A DNA stretch of 64,000 nucleotides from positions 224,001 to 288,000 of the forward strand of contig JAVJQW010000057.1 in assembly GCA_040218735.1 (NCBI GenBank). Reading direction: 5' to 3'. The notes under the pieces were generated by a model, which was not told the origin of the DNA, did no database searches, and saw only the letters and a list, made by a program, of their open reading frames with translations. Source of the DNA: Deltaproteobacteria bacterium. GTDB lineage: Bacteria > Myxococcota > Kuafuiibacteriia > Kuafuiibacteriales > Kuafuiibacteriaceae. A program made the position numbers and the translations under genes. Shown here in pieces: positions 43,221 to 55,300 of the stretch (within the stretch, counting starts at the first letter, position 1; every line of letters starts with the position of its first letter).

Positions 43221-46112
43221 GTGAAGCGCTGGATTCTCGCGGCGGCGCTCGCCGCGGCCGGGTGTGTGTCGGAGTCGACGGACGACGATCTCGAAGCGTC
43301 CGTTGCCGCGCCGACCGCGCCGGAGCTCGTCGAGTTCGGTGAGGTCGGGCTGGACGGCGCCGCCGTCACGCGGGGCGTGGGGATCTTCAACCCCAACGCG
43401 TTCGCCGTGGAGGTCGAGTCGATCGCCATCGTGGGTGACCCGGCGTTCACGGTGATGGGGTTCTCGCGCCTGTCGTCGCTCGCCCCGCAGACGACGGAGG
43501 AGCTGAGGGTTCGTTTCGCCCCGACCGTGCTCGGACCGACGGCGGCCGAGCTGGTGCTCCGCGCCGGGGGTCACGAGGTTCGATCGCGCCTGACCGGTAT
43601 CGGCACGGACCCGGAGATCGCCGTGGCGCCGGTGGTGCTCGACTTCGGCAAGGTCGTCATCGACGAGGCCAAGACGTTGTCGGTGCAGCTGATGGCGACG
43701 GGCGACGGCGGGGTCTTCGCGATCGACCGCGACCAAAACGCTCGGCTCTGCGACGAGGATACCCGAGACGACTTCTGCTACGCGCAGCCGAGCATCAACG
43801 TCCCGTCCGGCGAAACGGTCGACCTCGAGCTCACGTTCATGCCGGTCGGCGTCGGGCGCACGCGCGGCTCGGTGCGGGTAGAGACCGCGCCCGGTGTGTG
43901 GGTCGAGATCGACATGCGCGGCACGGGCACGGACTCGCCGCTCGACTGCCCCGGGCACAACGTCGGCACCGTCAACCTCGGGACGTGTGTCGAGCACACC
44001 GTCCCCTGCGAGAACGTCGGCGTGGAGGCGGCGACCATCGTGGAAGCGACGCTCCTCGACAGCACCAGCTGGTCGCTCGCGCGCCCCGTCCCGGTTCGGG
44101 TCCTTCAAAGCGGCGAGGTCGGCGGCATCGACGTCGTCTTCTGCCCCACCGCGTTCGGCAGTGAAGGCGCCTCGCTGCGCGTCGAGGTGGCCTACGCCAT
44201 TCGCAGGAGCGACGCGTTCGCCCCGCTGATCGGTACCGGAGGTGGCGCGGACCTGTTGATGACGCCGAGCCGCCTCGACTTCGGCCTCGTGTCGACGGTG
44301 ACCCCGGGCCGCCGTGTGCTGAGTTTGGCGAACCTGGGCGCCGAGCACTTGGTGCTGTCGGACGTCACCGTGACGGCACCCTTCTCCACGACGTTCTCCA
44401 CGGCGTCCCTCGCGCCCGGCGAAGGGCTCGAGGTGACCGTGGAGCTGTCACCCACGGGGTCGGGGGCCGTGAACGGGACGCTGACCTTCGAGACCAACGA
44501 TCCGGACCGGCCGGTGGTCGAGGTTCCGTTGACCGGCGATGGAGTGGACGTCGGGCCCTGCACGTACGCGGTCGACGCGACGCTGGCGTTCGGCGAAGTC
44601 GAAGCGCAACGTGCCTTGCGGCGCGCGGTGCGAGTGACCAACGTGGGTTCGAGCCGATGTCTGATCACCGACGCCGAGATCACTTCGAGTTCGGAGTTCT
44701 CCGTGGATGCGACGTCGTCGCTGTGGATCGAGCCCGGGCGAACGGCGCTGCTCGGGGTCAAGTTCGCGCCCGATCTCACGGGGGGCGCACAAGCCTGGCT
44801 GACCGGGTCGATCTCGAGCACGGCGGCGCCGAGCTTCGAGGTGGAGTTGACCGGCGCGGGCGTAGACCGCGGACCACTGCTCGCTCCGGACGAGCTGATG
44901 TTCGGCGCGTTGGATTCGAGCTGCGGTGCGAAGGTGGAGTCGGTTCGGTTCTACAACCCACTGGATGTGAATCTGGAGTTGGGTTCGGTCGCACTCGACA
45001 TCGGTGACGCGGGCTTCGCGGTCACGGGGCTGCCGATGGGTTTGGAGAGTGGGCCCATCACGCTGGCGCCGGATGACTTCGTCGAGGTGGAGGTCACGTT
45101 CACGGCGATCGGGCCGAACGCGTACGCAGATGGGTTGGTCTTCGTCGGCATGGCCGCCGGGAGCGCATTCGAAGCGGTCGTGGGCTTGGAGGCGAGCTCG
45201 GGAGCTGGGCTGCTGCAGGTCGATCGATTCACGCAGGTGGGTACGCGGGCAGCGGACGTGTTGTACGTCATCGACTCGAGCAGCTCGACGGGCCAAGAGC
45301 AGATGGAGATATCGAGCAACGCGACGAACATCTTGCATGTCGCTCGCGGGATGGTCGGTGACTTCCAGATCGGCGTAGCGACGATGGATACGGGCGCGGA
45401 CTTGGGGCGGCTCGTCCACCCGGCCATCGGGGGCATGAGTCCGTACGGCGGTCCGCCGCAGCACAAGATCGTCACCGACGCGACCGCGCCCTCCCCCGCC
45501 GCCGTCCTCGAGTCGAACCTCCTGCGGGGGACCTCGGGCTCGGGCACGGAACGCGGCCTCGAGCCGGTGTATCTCGCGCTCACCGCACCCACCGCGCTCG
45601 GTCACAACGCAGGCTTCCTACGGCGCGACGCCGTGTTCGGCGTCATCATCCTGACCGACGAGCCGGACCTGTCGCCGCGCACGGTCGACTTCTACGCGGA
45701 CTTCTTCCGCTCCCTGAAGCAAGACGCCAACCAGGTCTCGTTCACCGCGATCTCCGGAGACATCCCGAGCGGCTGCAACGGCCCGGTCGGCTCCGCGGTG
45801 GCAGGCCCGCGCTACGCCGAGATGGTGCGTCGCACGGGTGGGTCGTTCCGTTCGATCTGCGACCAGGACTACACGGAGACCGCGATGAGTACGATGCGAA
45901 CGGCGGTTGGGTTCCGCGACAACGTCGTACTCACGACAGTACCCAACCCATCGACCCTAGAAGTCACCATCGATGGGTTCGTGGTGCCCGCGGTGGCTCC
46001 GTCGGGCACGGTGAACTGGCGCTACGAAAACGGGAAGGTGTGGTTCACGCCCTTCGCAGTGCCGGAGCCGGGGGCGGAGGTCGAGGTGCGGTACGCGGTG
46101 TCGTGCCTGTGA
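43221..46112 (+). CDS. Lipoprotein with multiple Ig-like (choice-of-anchor D/ASH) domains and C-terminal vWA domain (CglB-like)
   Basis: Lipobox AAAGC; about six DFG.V..G Ig modules, FETNDPDRP; MIDAS DVLYVIDSSSS, GSGTERGLE, GFLRRDA, LTDEPD, SICDQDY. Confidence 0.85.
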   Translation: MKRWILAAALAAAGCVSESTDDDLEASVAAPTAPELVEFGEVGLDGAAVTRGVGIFNPNAFAVEVESIAIVGDPAFTVMGFSRLSSLAPQTTEELRVRFAPTVLGPTAAELVLRAGGHEVRSRLTGIGTDPEIAVAPVVLDFGKVVIDEAKTLSVQLMATGDGGVFAIDRDQNARLCDEDTRDDFCYAQPSINVPSGETVDLELTFMPVGVGRTRGSVRVETAPGVWVEIDMRGTGTDSPLDCPGHNVGTVNLGTCVEHTVPCENVGVEAATIVEATLLDSTSWSLARPVPVRVLQSGEVGGIDVVFCPTAFGSEGASLRVEVAYAIRRSDAFAPLIGTGGGADLLMTPSRLDFGLVSTVTPGRRVLSLANLGAEHLVLSDVTVTAPFSTTFSTASLAPGEGLEVTVELSPTGSGAVNGTLTFETNDPDRPVVEVPLTGDGVDVGPCTYAVDATLAFGEVEAQRALRRAVRVTNVGSSRCLITDAEITSSSEFSVDATSSLWIEPGRTALLGVKFAPDLTGGAQAWLTGSISSTAAPSFEVELTGAGVDRGPLLAPDELMFGALDSSCGAKVESVRFYNPLDVNLELGSVALDIGDAGFAVTGLPMGLESGPITLAPDDFVEVEVTFTAIGPNAYADGLVFVGMAAGSAFEAVVGLEASSGAGLLQVDRFTQVGTRAADVLYVIDSSSSTGQEQMEISSNATNILHVARGMVGDFQIGVATMDTGADLGRLVHPAIGGMSPYGGPPQHKIVTDATAPSPAAVLESNLLRGTSGSGTERGLEPVYLALTAPTALGHNAGFLRRDAVFGVIILTDEPDLSPRTVDFYADFFRSLKQDANQVSFTAISGDIPSGCNGPVGSAVAGPRYAEMVRRTGGSFRSICDQDYTETAMSTMRTAVGFRDNVVLTTVPNPSTLEVTIDGFVVPAVAPSGTVNWRYENGKVWFTPFAVPEPGAEVEVRYAVSCL

Positions 46113-46310
46113 TCCGAGGCCCGAAACAGGACCCGAATCTCGATTCGAGACCAGACCACGGACCCTGTAGACCACGCCCGAGACCCGCTTCAGTTTTGAA
46201 AGCTCCCGTTCCCGGCAGCCCCGTGTAAACGTGCTCGAACTTTCGTACAGGTGCAGAATTAGAACAGATTTGACACACAACGGCGGTAGACATTGCGTCC
46301 GCGGTTGCAG

Positions 46311-49300
46311 ATGGTGCACGCCGTGCCCCGTACCCTCCTCGCCTCGTATCTCATTCTGAACGGCCTCCTTCCGGCGGCCGCGCTCGCTCAGACGACGGTC
46401 GCTCTTCCGCCGAGCGGGCTCTCGACGGCGTGGGACATCGGCAACGATGGGACGTTCGACAACGTGAACGCGGGCAACTGCAACGTCGTCTCCGGGTCCC
46501 TGGAGGCACGGTGCCTCGTATCGTTCAACGTATCGACGCTGACGACGCCGATCGCACACGCCTATCTGGAGCTTGCGCAGTCATCGTACGTCTCGAGCGG
46601 CTCGCCCGTCCGAATCTCCCTGTTCACCGACGATGGCGTACTCACGACGTTGGATGCGACCACCGCCGCAACCGAAGCCGGAACGTACCTGCCGACGGAG
46701 GTCGGCACTGCGGTGAGGCTCATCCCACTGGACGCCAACGTCCTTCAGGCAGCCATCAACAATCAGACTTGGCTCGGCGTCCGGATCGAGGCCGTGACGG
46801 GCCAGAGCGACATCGACATCGGCTTCGTTCAGCTCCACGTGACACCCATGCTCCCGGAGCTCTCCGTCGAAGGTGGATTTCCGCGCGTCACCTTTGGCGA
46901 GGGGCACTTCGGTTATCGGGTATGCAATACCGGCGGCGCCGACGTGACCTCGGCCGTCGAGCTCGGCTTGTACCGCAGCACCGACACCCAGTTCGGGCCC
47001 CCCGACGAAGTCGTCGCGACGATCAACATCCCGGCAGCCCAGCTGACCGCCGGCGCCTGCGTCGTCCATGACGCGATCGTACCGGTCACGCCTACGCCCA
47101 CCGCGCTCTACTACGGCTTCAACGTCGACCCGAACAACCTCATCGCCGAGATCGACGAGTCGAACAACAGAAGCACCGGCGCTGCCATCGGAGCAGGAAG
47201 TGGTCCCGACCTGCTGATTCGGCGCTTGGAAGTCGTCCCCTACCTCGATAGCAACCCGCGGATCGAAGTCGAGATCTGCAACCAAGGCGACGTCGCGTCC
47301 GGTCAGTTCCTACTCACGGTCGGGCACGCCGTGGCATCGACCTTTGCTCGAACACCGCGATTCAGCAATGTGAGGCCGAGCCTCGAGGCCCACGCCTGCT
47401 ATACGCTCTCCTATTCCCTGCCGACGCCGGTTAACGCGGACTCGATCGACCGACGTTACTACGCAGACGTCGATGTGGACGGCCTGATCGCGGAGACGAA
47501 CGAGCGCAACAATCGAATCTACGGTGAGAACGTGAACTTCTCTCCAAACCCAGACCTGGACGTCGAGATCCGAGGCCCGTCCCATACGTTCGATCAACGC
47601 CCATCCTATGACGTCTACGTCTGCAACCGAAACGCGGCGAACCCACAGGAGACGATCGTTCGCCTCTACGCGCTCAGCGAACCCATCGTACCTCCCAACC
47701 CTCTGAGCTCTACAGAGGGGAGCTTCGATCTCGGGTCCGAGGATTGCGCGGCCTTCTCTCTACAATCGAACCTTCCTGCACAAGGGACGTGGTACGTCGC
47801 AGCACACGCGGACCCACTTCACGCCGTCGTGGAGGGAGACCTCCGGAACAACGTTGCGTTCCATCGGGTCACGTGGACTTCGAGCTACGACCTTTCGATC
47901 GCGGCCCTGGACGTCCCCGAGGTCATCGCCACCAACGGAGCCCCGCCCCCACTGACGGCGTCCGTGTGCAACGAAGGCTTCGCGGCATCCCCCGCCACGT
48001 CCTTGGCCGTCAGCGCCAACCCGACGATCGGGTACGGAGCCGCCGACGTCGTGCCCGCCGCCACGCTGCTCAGCGTTCCGAGCCTTCAACCCGGCGGTTG
48101 CATCGATCTCACCGCATCCGTGCCCGTACCGACCTTCACGGGCGCTCGCCTGCACTCTGCCGTGCGCGTCTCTCTGGACCCGGGCGGAACACTCGGGGCG
48201 GACGCCGACCCGCTGGACCACGCGCGAACGGCCCGGGTCGTCTTCGGATCAGACGTGAACTTCACCGTGAGCAGTGTCGGCGTCCCCGCGTCGTTCGAGG
48301 TTGGGGCGCCAGGCTCAGTCGAGGCGACCGTGTGCAACTCGGGCGGCGTCGCCGCAGTTCGACCGGCGGTGTCCTTCGTGTACGGTTACGACCGAGTCGT
48401 ACCGGGAGCCAACGACTACCACGTCGGCGATCCGTTGTTCCCCTTCGGCTCCGTACCGGCGGGCGGCGTCCTCGCCGCGGGTAGCTGCGAGGTCGTCGCC
48501 GCGACGGGTTCCATCCACGCCTCGGATGGCAGGACGTTCGTGGGTGCCAGCCTGGATCGTACGGCAACTCAGATCTCCTACGTGGACGCGCTAGCGACGA
48601 GCCCTCGAACGTTCACGACTTTTCCCGGCGGTCCTGTCTTCGAGTTGGCCAATGTCAGCGTGGCGGTGAACGGCATGGGTGGGTCAGGCACCTTGTCCTA
48701 TGACCTGTGCAACGTCGGCTACGGCCCCGTCACGGGGCCGGTCACGATCAGTGTCATTCGCTACTTCGACGCCGAGCGCTCGTTCTCCTCAGGCAGCGCA
48801 GATCGACTCGTAGCGAGCGAAGTCGTGTCCACGTCCTTGGCCGTCGGCGCATGTCTGTCGCGTACCGCTGCCATTGCAACCTCTGGCTACTTCGTCATCC
48901 AGGTCTCGGGAGGAGGAGGCGTTCCCGTCAGGACCTTCGTCCCGATCGCGGCGACTATCCCAAGGGTCTCCGATTTGTTCGTACAACAGCTGACCGCGGC
49001 AACTCAGGTCACCGGAGCGACATTCCCCGTAACCATTCAGCTCTGTAGCGGCGAGGGAGCCACTGCGCAGCCGCCCGTCGCATTCTATCTCTCGAATGAC
49101 GCGCAGGTCGTGAGCACCGACGAAGACCCGCTCACGACGGACGTCGTCATCGCAAGCGGCATGGGCGTCGCGCTGCAGCAGAACACGTGCGAGGACATCA
49201 CCTACAACCTCCCCACCCCGCCGACCAACGGAACCTTTTACTTGGGTGCGTTCGTAAACAGTGGGTTCGCCGTCGCAGAGGACGTCACCAACAACAACAT

Positions 49301-52300
49301 GAGTCCGGCCCACATGTTCACCGTCGGTGCGCCCGCGCCGTGCGGTGACGGAACCCTCGATACCGGCGAGGAATGCGATGATGGCAACACCCTGTCCGGT
49401 GACGGCTGCGACGCCGCCTGCGTCCTCGAGTACTGCGGCGATGGTGTCACGAACAACACAAACGAGACGTGCGACGACGGCAACGTCGTCGCCGGGGACG
49501 GCTGTAGCTCGACGTGTGTGTCGGAGTTCTGCGGCGATGGCGTCGTCAACAACAGCGGCGCCGAGACGTGCGATGACGGCAACACGGTACCCGGGGATGG
49601 CTGCGACGCGGCCTGTCAGTACGAAACGCAACCGAACGGCCCGGATCTCACGATTGAGGGTGGGTTCCCGCCTGTCATCGCGAGCGATGGGCACTTCGGA
49701 TACCGCGTCTGCAACCGCGGAAATTCGGACGTCGCGCCGACCGCGCAGGTGGGGATCCGATTGGTTCGCGGCCCGGATTCCTCCGTGGATCTCATCGACA
49801 CCGTGGTCGCCGACATCTTCGTGAGCGCAGCTCAACTCACCGCGGGCAACTGCAGCATTGCGGACTTCACGACCGCCGTCGCGGCGGCGCCGTCGGCCGA
49901 CCACTTCGGATTCATCGTCGACCCGCAGAACCAGATCATCGAGAGCGACGAGTCGAACAATCAAACGGTGGCACAGCCGATCGGCACCGGGTCAGGCGTC
50001 GACCTCTGGATCGAGCAAGTCGAAGTGGGTGGCTCCCAGACGTCCCAGACCGCCCTCCACTCGGTTCACGTGTGCAACCTGGGTGATACGGCGGCCGGGC
50101 CCTACTCCGTCGTGACGGGGCACGTCGATGTCAACGGAGCCACGACCGTGGCGGGCACCCGCCAGCTGCCCGGCTTGTCCGCTCATGCCTGTACGGTCGT
50201 TTGGTTTCAACAGGTCTTCGCTTCGACAACGGGAAATGTTCGGGTCTACGCCCAAGTAGATGCGGCGAACCAGGTGTCGGAGCTCAACGAGCACAACAAC
50301 CGGCACTACGCTGACGAGAGGAACTTCGATCCAGGCCCGGACGGCGAGGTCACCATTGCGGGCTCGCGCCTAACCGGGAACGGCGCGTTCAGAGTCGCGT
50401 CGTACCTATGCCCCCGCGTGTCCAACACCCCTATTGGCGCCGTCGTAGATAACTTCATTTCATCCGATACCGCCTATCAGCCCTCCGATCTCCTGTTCGA
50501 CTCTGGGCTCGTGAGCTCGCCCATCAATCAGTGCGCCCGTCGGGTGAGCGACGGTACACTCCCGAGTCCCGGCGTGTGGCAAATTGGTGCGTTCGCCGAC
50601 CGCGCGCAGACCACGTCCGATCCCGATCGTCGCAACAACGAGGCCTACCTGCCCGTCGTGTTCACGACGAGCTACGACCTGGAGCTCTCCGCGCTGGAGA
50701 TCGATCCCGTTCAGGCCATCGGCGCCCCTGGTCAGGCAACCGTTACGATCTGCAACCGAGGCGCTGCGACGGCACCTGCAACTACGGTGGCTCTTCATCT
50801 CAACCCATTGCGAATCGGCGCCCCCGGCGACGACGTCGGTATCGCCCCGGCTCATGCGGTGCCATCGCTTTCACCTGAGACCTGCACCACGCTCACGGTA
50901 CCCGTCCCCAGCAACCCATCCACATCGGCACGTATCGTCACTGGACTCCACGCGTTGCTGGATCCCGCCGGCGCGCTCGCCCAAGACGCGGACCCGACCA
51001 ATCAACAGGCGTGGGTGCCGGTCACCCGGGGAGCTGGAACCAACTTCCGAGTCACGTCGTTGACCGTACCGGACCCCGTCGTCCGCCACGCGCCTTTCAA
51101 CATACAAGCGACGGTCTGTAACTTCGGAGACACCGGCGCGGCCCGCCCCGCCGCCGAGTTCCTCTCGAGCTTCGGGGGTCCGGTCATCGCGCTTCAGGAT
51201 ACGACGTCGGCGGCCATCACCGCGCTCGGCAGCGCACCAACCGGAGCCTTCTTGGCGCCGGGGGCTTGCGAGGACATCAACGCGACGGTGACCCACACAT
51301 GGCACTCGCGCGTCAGTGAATTCGGCGTCAGCCTCGCTCGATCGACCGGGTCACTCGAACTCACGTTCGCGGATGATATGGCCGTCGTCCGGCGCGAGGT
51401 CGTCGACAATCAGGCCGCACTGCGCGTCGTCAATCCTTCGATCGTGCGTTTCGGATCGAGCGCCGGCCTCGCTACCTACGAGGTCTGCAACGTAGGCACA
51501 GCGCCGACCACGAACGACGGCGTACAGTTCCTCCGCCACTACGACCCGGACTACAGGTATCGAGTCATCGGCGCGGCAGGCTACTCCTTCGACACGCTCC
51601 CCGTCTTGCAGCCGGGCGCGTGCCTTTCGAGATCACTACAGCTCAACGAGGGTGGTGGCTATGTGCGCGTGCGGACGATCGCCGGCGGCCATGGCTCCGA
51701 TCATCCCGTACGGCTTGGGCAGGTCTGGAACACCACGGGGAACGACCTCTACGTGGAGCAGTTCACCGCACCGGCCAGTGGCCCCGCATCGTTCACGGCG
51801 ACCGCGCGCGTGTGCAACTCCGGGTTCGGATCGATCCCGGCGTCGACGCTCGCCGTGTACGCGTCCTACGACGCGACCGTCACCAGCCTCGACGTCGATC
51901 CGGGCTCGATCGATACGATTCTGACCACCGCGGTCGTCCCCGCATTGGTCGGGGCAACGTGCGCCGACATCACGATTCCGGGAGTACCGTCCGCAGGCGC
52001 GGTCGGCGATCGCTACGTCGCGGCCGTCGCGAACCATGGCCTCTCCGTCTTGGCCGACACCATTGCGGAGAACAACGTGGGCCCGGTCAGCGCGATCACC
52101 TTCACGGGTCAGCTCTGCGGCGATGGGATCGCGGACGGCGGAGAGGAGTGCGACGACGGCAATGGCGTAGACGGCGATGGCTGCACGGCTGCCTGCATCG
52201 CCGAGTTCTGCGGCGACGGCGTCATCAACGACACGGACGAGACCTGCGACGACAGTAACGCGATCGCGGGCGACGGCTGCGGCGTCACCTGCCAGATCGA

Positions 52301-55300
52301 GGTCTGCGGCGACGGCATCGTCAACAACAACGGCACCGAAGAGTGCGACGACGGCAACACGGCGGCTGGTGACGGATGTACGGACCTCTGCGTCGTCGAG
52401 TTCTGCGGGGACGGCATCGTCAACGACACCAACGAGACGTGCGACGACGGAAACACGACCGCCGGCGACGGCTGCAATTCGAGCTGCGTCATCGAGGTCT
52501 GCGGCGACGGCGTCGTGAACAACAACGGCACCGAGGAGTGCGACGACGGCAACACGACGGCGGGTGACGGATGCGACTCGAGCTGCATCGTCGAGCTCTG
52601 CGGCGACGGCATCGTCAACAACGCCGGCACCGAGACCTGCGACGACGGAAACACGACGAGCGGCGACGGCTGCTCGGCGTCCTGCGCGCTGGAGTTCTGC
52701 GGCGACGGCGTCGTCAACAACACCTCCGAGCAATGCGACGACGGCAACACGACCGCGGGGGACGGCTGCACCTCGACGTGCCTCCTCGAGTTCTGTGGCG
52801 ACGGGGTGATCAACGACGGCGGCGTCGAGGAGTGTGACGACGGAAACGCGTCGGCGGGTGACGGATGCAGCGACCTCTGCATCACGGAGTTCTGCGGCGA
52901 CGGCGTCGTGAACAACGGAACGGAGACCTGCGACGACGCCAACAACGTGAACGGCGACGGCTGCAGCGCGGCCTGCGTCATCGAAGCGCCCAGCAACGCC
53001 CCCGACCTCGTGATCGACGGCGGCTACCCGGACCTGGTGTCGACCGGGCTCGGGCAGTTCGGCTATCGCGTATGCAACCTCGGCGACGCCGACATGACGT
53101 CGCCGGCCGTCGTGCACCTCTACGGAAGCACCGACACGACCTACGCCGCACCCGACGTGCTCGTGACCTCGTTCAGCGTCCCGGCGTCGGAGCTTTCGGC
53201 TGGCGCCTGTACCGTGGGCGACCTGGCCCTCCCGCTCACGCCGACGGCGACAGCGCTCTACTACGGTTATGTGATCGACCCTCTGAACCAGGTGCTCGAG
53301 CTGAACGAGGGGAACAACGTCCCGGTCGGCGCAGCGATTGGCGCGGGTAGCGGGCCCGATCTCCTCGTCGCGAGTGTTGACAGCGTCGGAAACGAATGGT
53401 CGGGCATCCGTACCTACCGTGTCCGCGTGTGCAACCAGGGCGACGTCGACGCGACGCCGTTCCGACTGACGCTCGGGCACGCCGACGCTGCGACGCTGCA
53501 GCGCGTCCCCGACGTCATTCAGACGCAGCCCGCGCTCACGGCCCACACCTGCTACGACATCGACCTGAGCGTGGGTACCTATGGGCAGGTCTCGGGCGAG
53601 CGCATCGTCTACGCCGACGCCGACGGTGACGGACAGATCGTCGAGCGCAACGAACGAAACAATCGAAGCTACGGAACGGGGACGACCTTCGATCTCGACG
53701 TCAACATGGTCGTCGAGTTGTCGGGCACGACGCGGACGGCATCGGGTGACTTCCGGCTCGACGTGACCGTATGTGATCGTGGGACGAATGGTCCGTCGGC
53801 GGCGCGACAGATCGAGTACTTCATCTCGACCGACGCGACCTTCGATCCGACGGTCGACACGATCCTGCAGTCGGACTCCGTGGCCACCGGGAGCTGCCAA
53901 CGGCTCGAGCTCACTTCGACGCTTCCGACTGCCGGCGTTTGGTACGTCGGTGCCATCGTGGACCGCGGGGAGATGCTGCCCGACACCGACCGCCGCGACA
54001 ACGTCGCCTTTCATCGAATCGTCTCGGGCCCAGGCTTCGACCTCGAGCTCGCCGCCATCGATGTTCCGCCCGTGGTCGGTGTGGCGGCCGCCGAGCTCGC
54101 CGACGTGACCGTGTGTAACCGCGGTTCGGTCCCATCCCCCGACACCGAGGTGGCGGTCGGCTTCAACCCGCTCGCGATCGACGGCGGCCCGGACCACTTC
54201 ACCGGTGGGAACCGTCAGCCGGTGCCGGCGCTCGAGAACGGCGAGTGCGTCGACATTTCGGTGCCGTTGCCGGTACTCCCGCCGCAGCGCTGGTACACAC
54301 GCGCGCGCGCGACGTTGGATCCGGACGTCCTCCTCACGGGGGATGCGGATCCTTCGAACCACGGTCGGTCGGTGTCGATCCTGGCGGGCGTGGGCGCCAA
54401 CTTCCGCGTGACCGCGCTGAGCGCGCCCGTCACCGTGCCCGGCAACGATCCTGTGGATCTCACGGCCACGGTCTGCAACACGGGCGACGCGGGTGCGGCC
54501 CGCCCGCCCCTCGAGTTCATCGCGGATGGTCTCGTCCTCCCCGCCTCCAGTCAGGACGACCCAACCGCGACCGTCGTCGCTACGGTTCCCATCGGCGGTA
54601 CACTTGCGCCCGGAGCGTGTGCGGACGTCAGCGTGTCCGTGCCTCAGAATGGACACACGCCGTACTTCGGAGCTGCGATCGTTCGAACGCAACCCTCGGA
54701 GATCGCGCACACCGATGACATCGCGCACGCCCCGTACGTGTATTTCCGCGGAACCCAGGATATCGGGCTTTGGGACTTCCAGAACGTCTCACTGACCTAC
54801 AGCGCGGTGGGTCAAGGTTCCCTTTCGCTCGACCTCTGTAACCTCGGTGCCGTCGCAACGTTCGGAAATACGATCCTCAACGTCGATGGGTACCTGGACG
54901 CCGAGCTGCGGTACCAGGCCGCACGCCCCGGACACCTCCAGATGACGACGCCGATCGCGCCGGGACAGTGCCTGCCCTTGACCCTCCCGCTCTCTGCGTT
55001 CGGTGGATACCTGAACCTCGTGGTCTTCGGGGAGGGCGCACCGGAGCGGCAGCTCCCGCTCGGGTCGGGGTGGTACACGACCTCGACCGACGTCTACGTC
55101 GAGCAACTGACGGTCCCCGGTGCCGTCGACGCGAGCTTCGACGCGACGGTGCGCGTCTGCGCCGCTGGCCCCGGTCCGGTACCGGCGTCGCAGGTCGCGC
55201 TCTACATGTCACACGACGCGACGGTGACGAGCCTCGACGAGGATCCCGGCACGACGGATCAGATCCTCGCGACGGCATCCGTGCCCGCTTTCAACGGCAC

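Noticed and set aside
51636-54728. 1030-aa minus-strand ORF and other long antisense ORFs (8403-10334, 13292-15625, 61352-63364)
   Set aside because: Shadow frames of high-GC3 genes; Arg/Val/Ala-rich with no recognisable motifs
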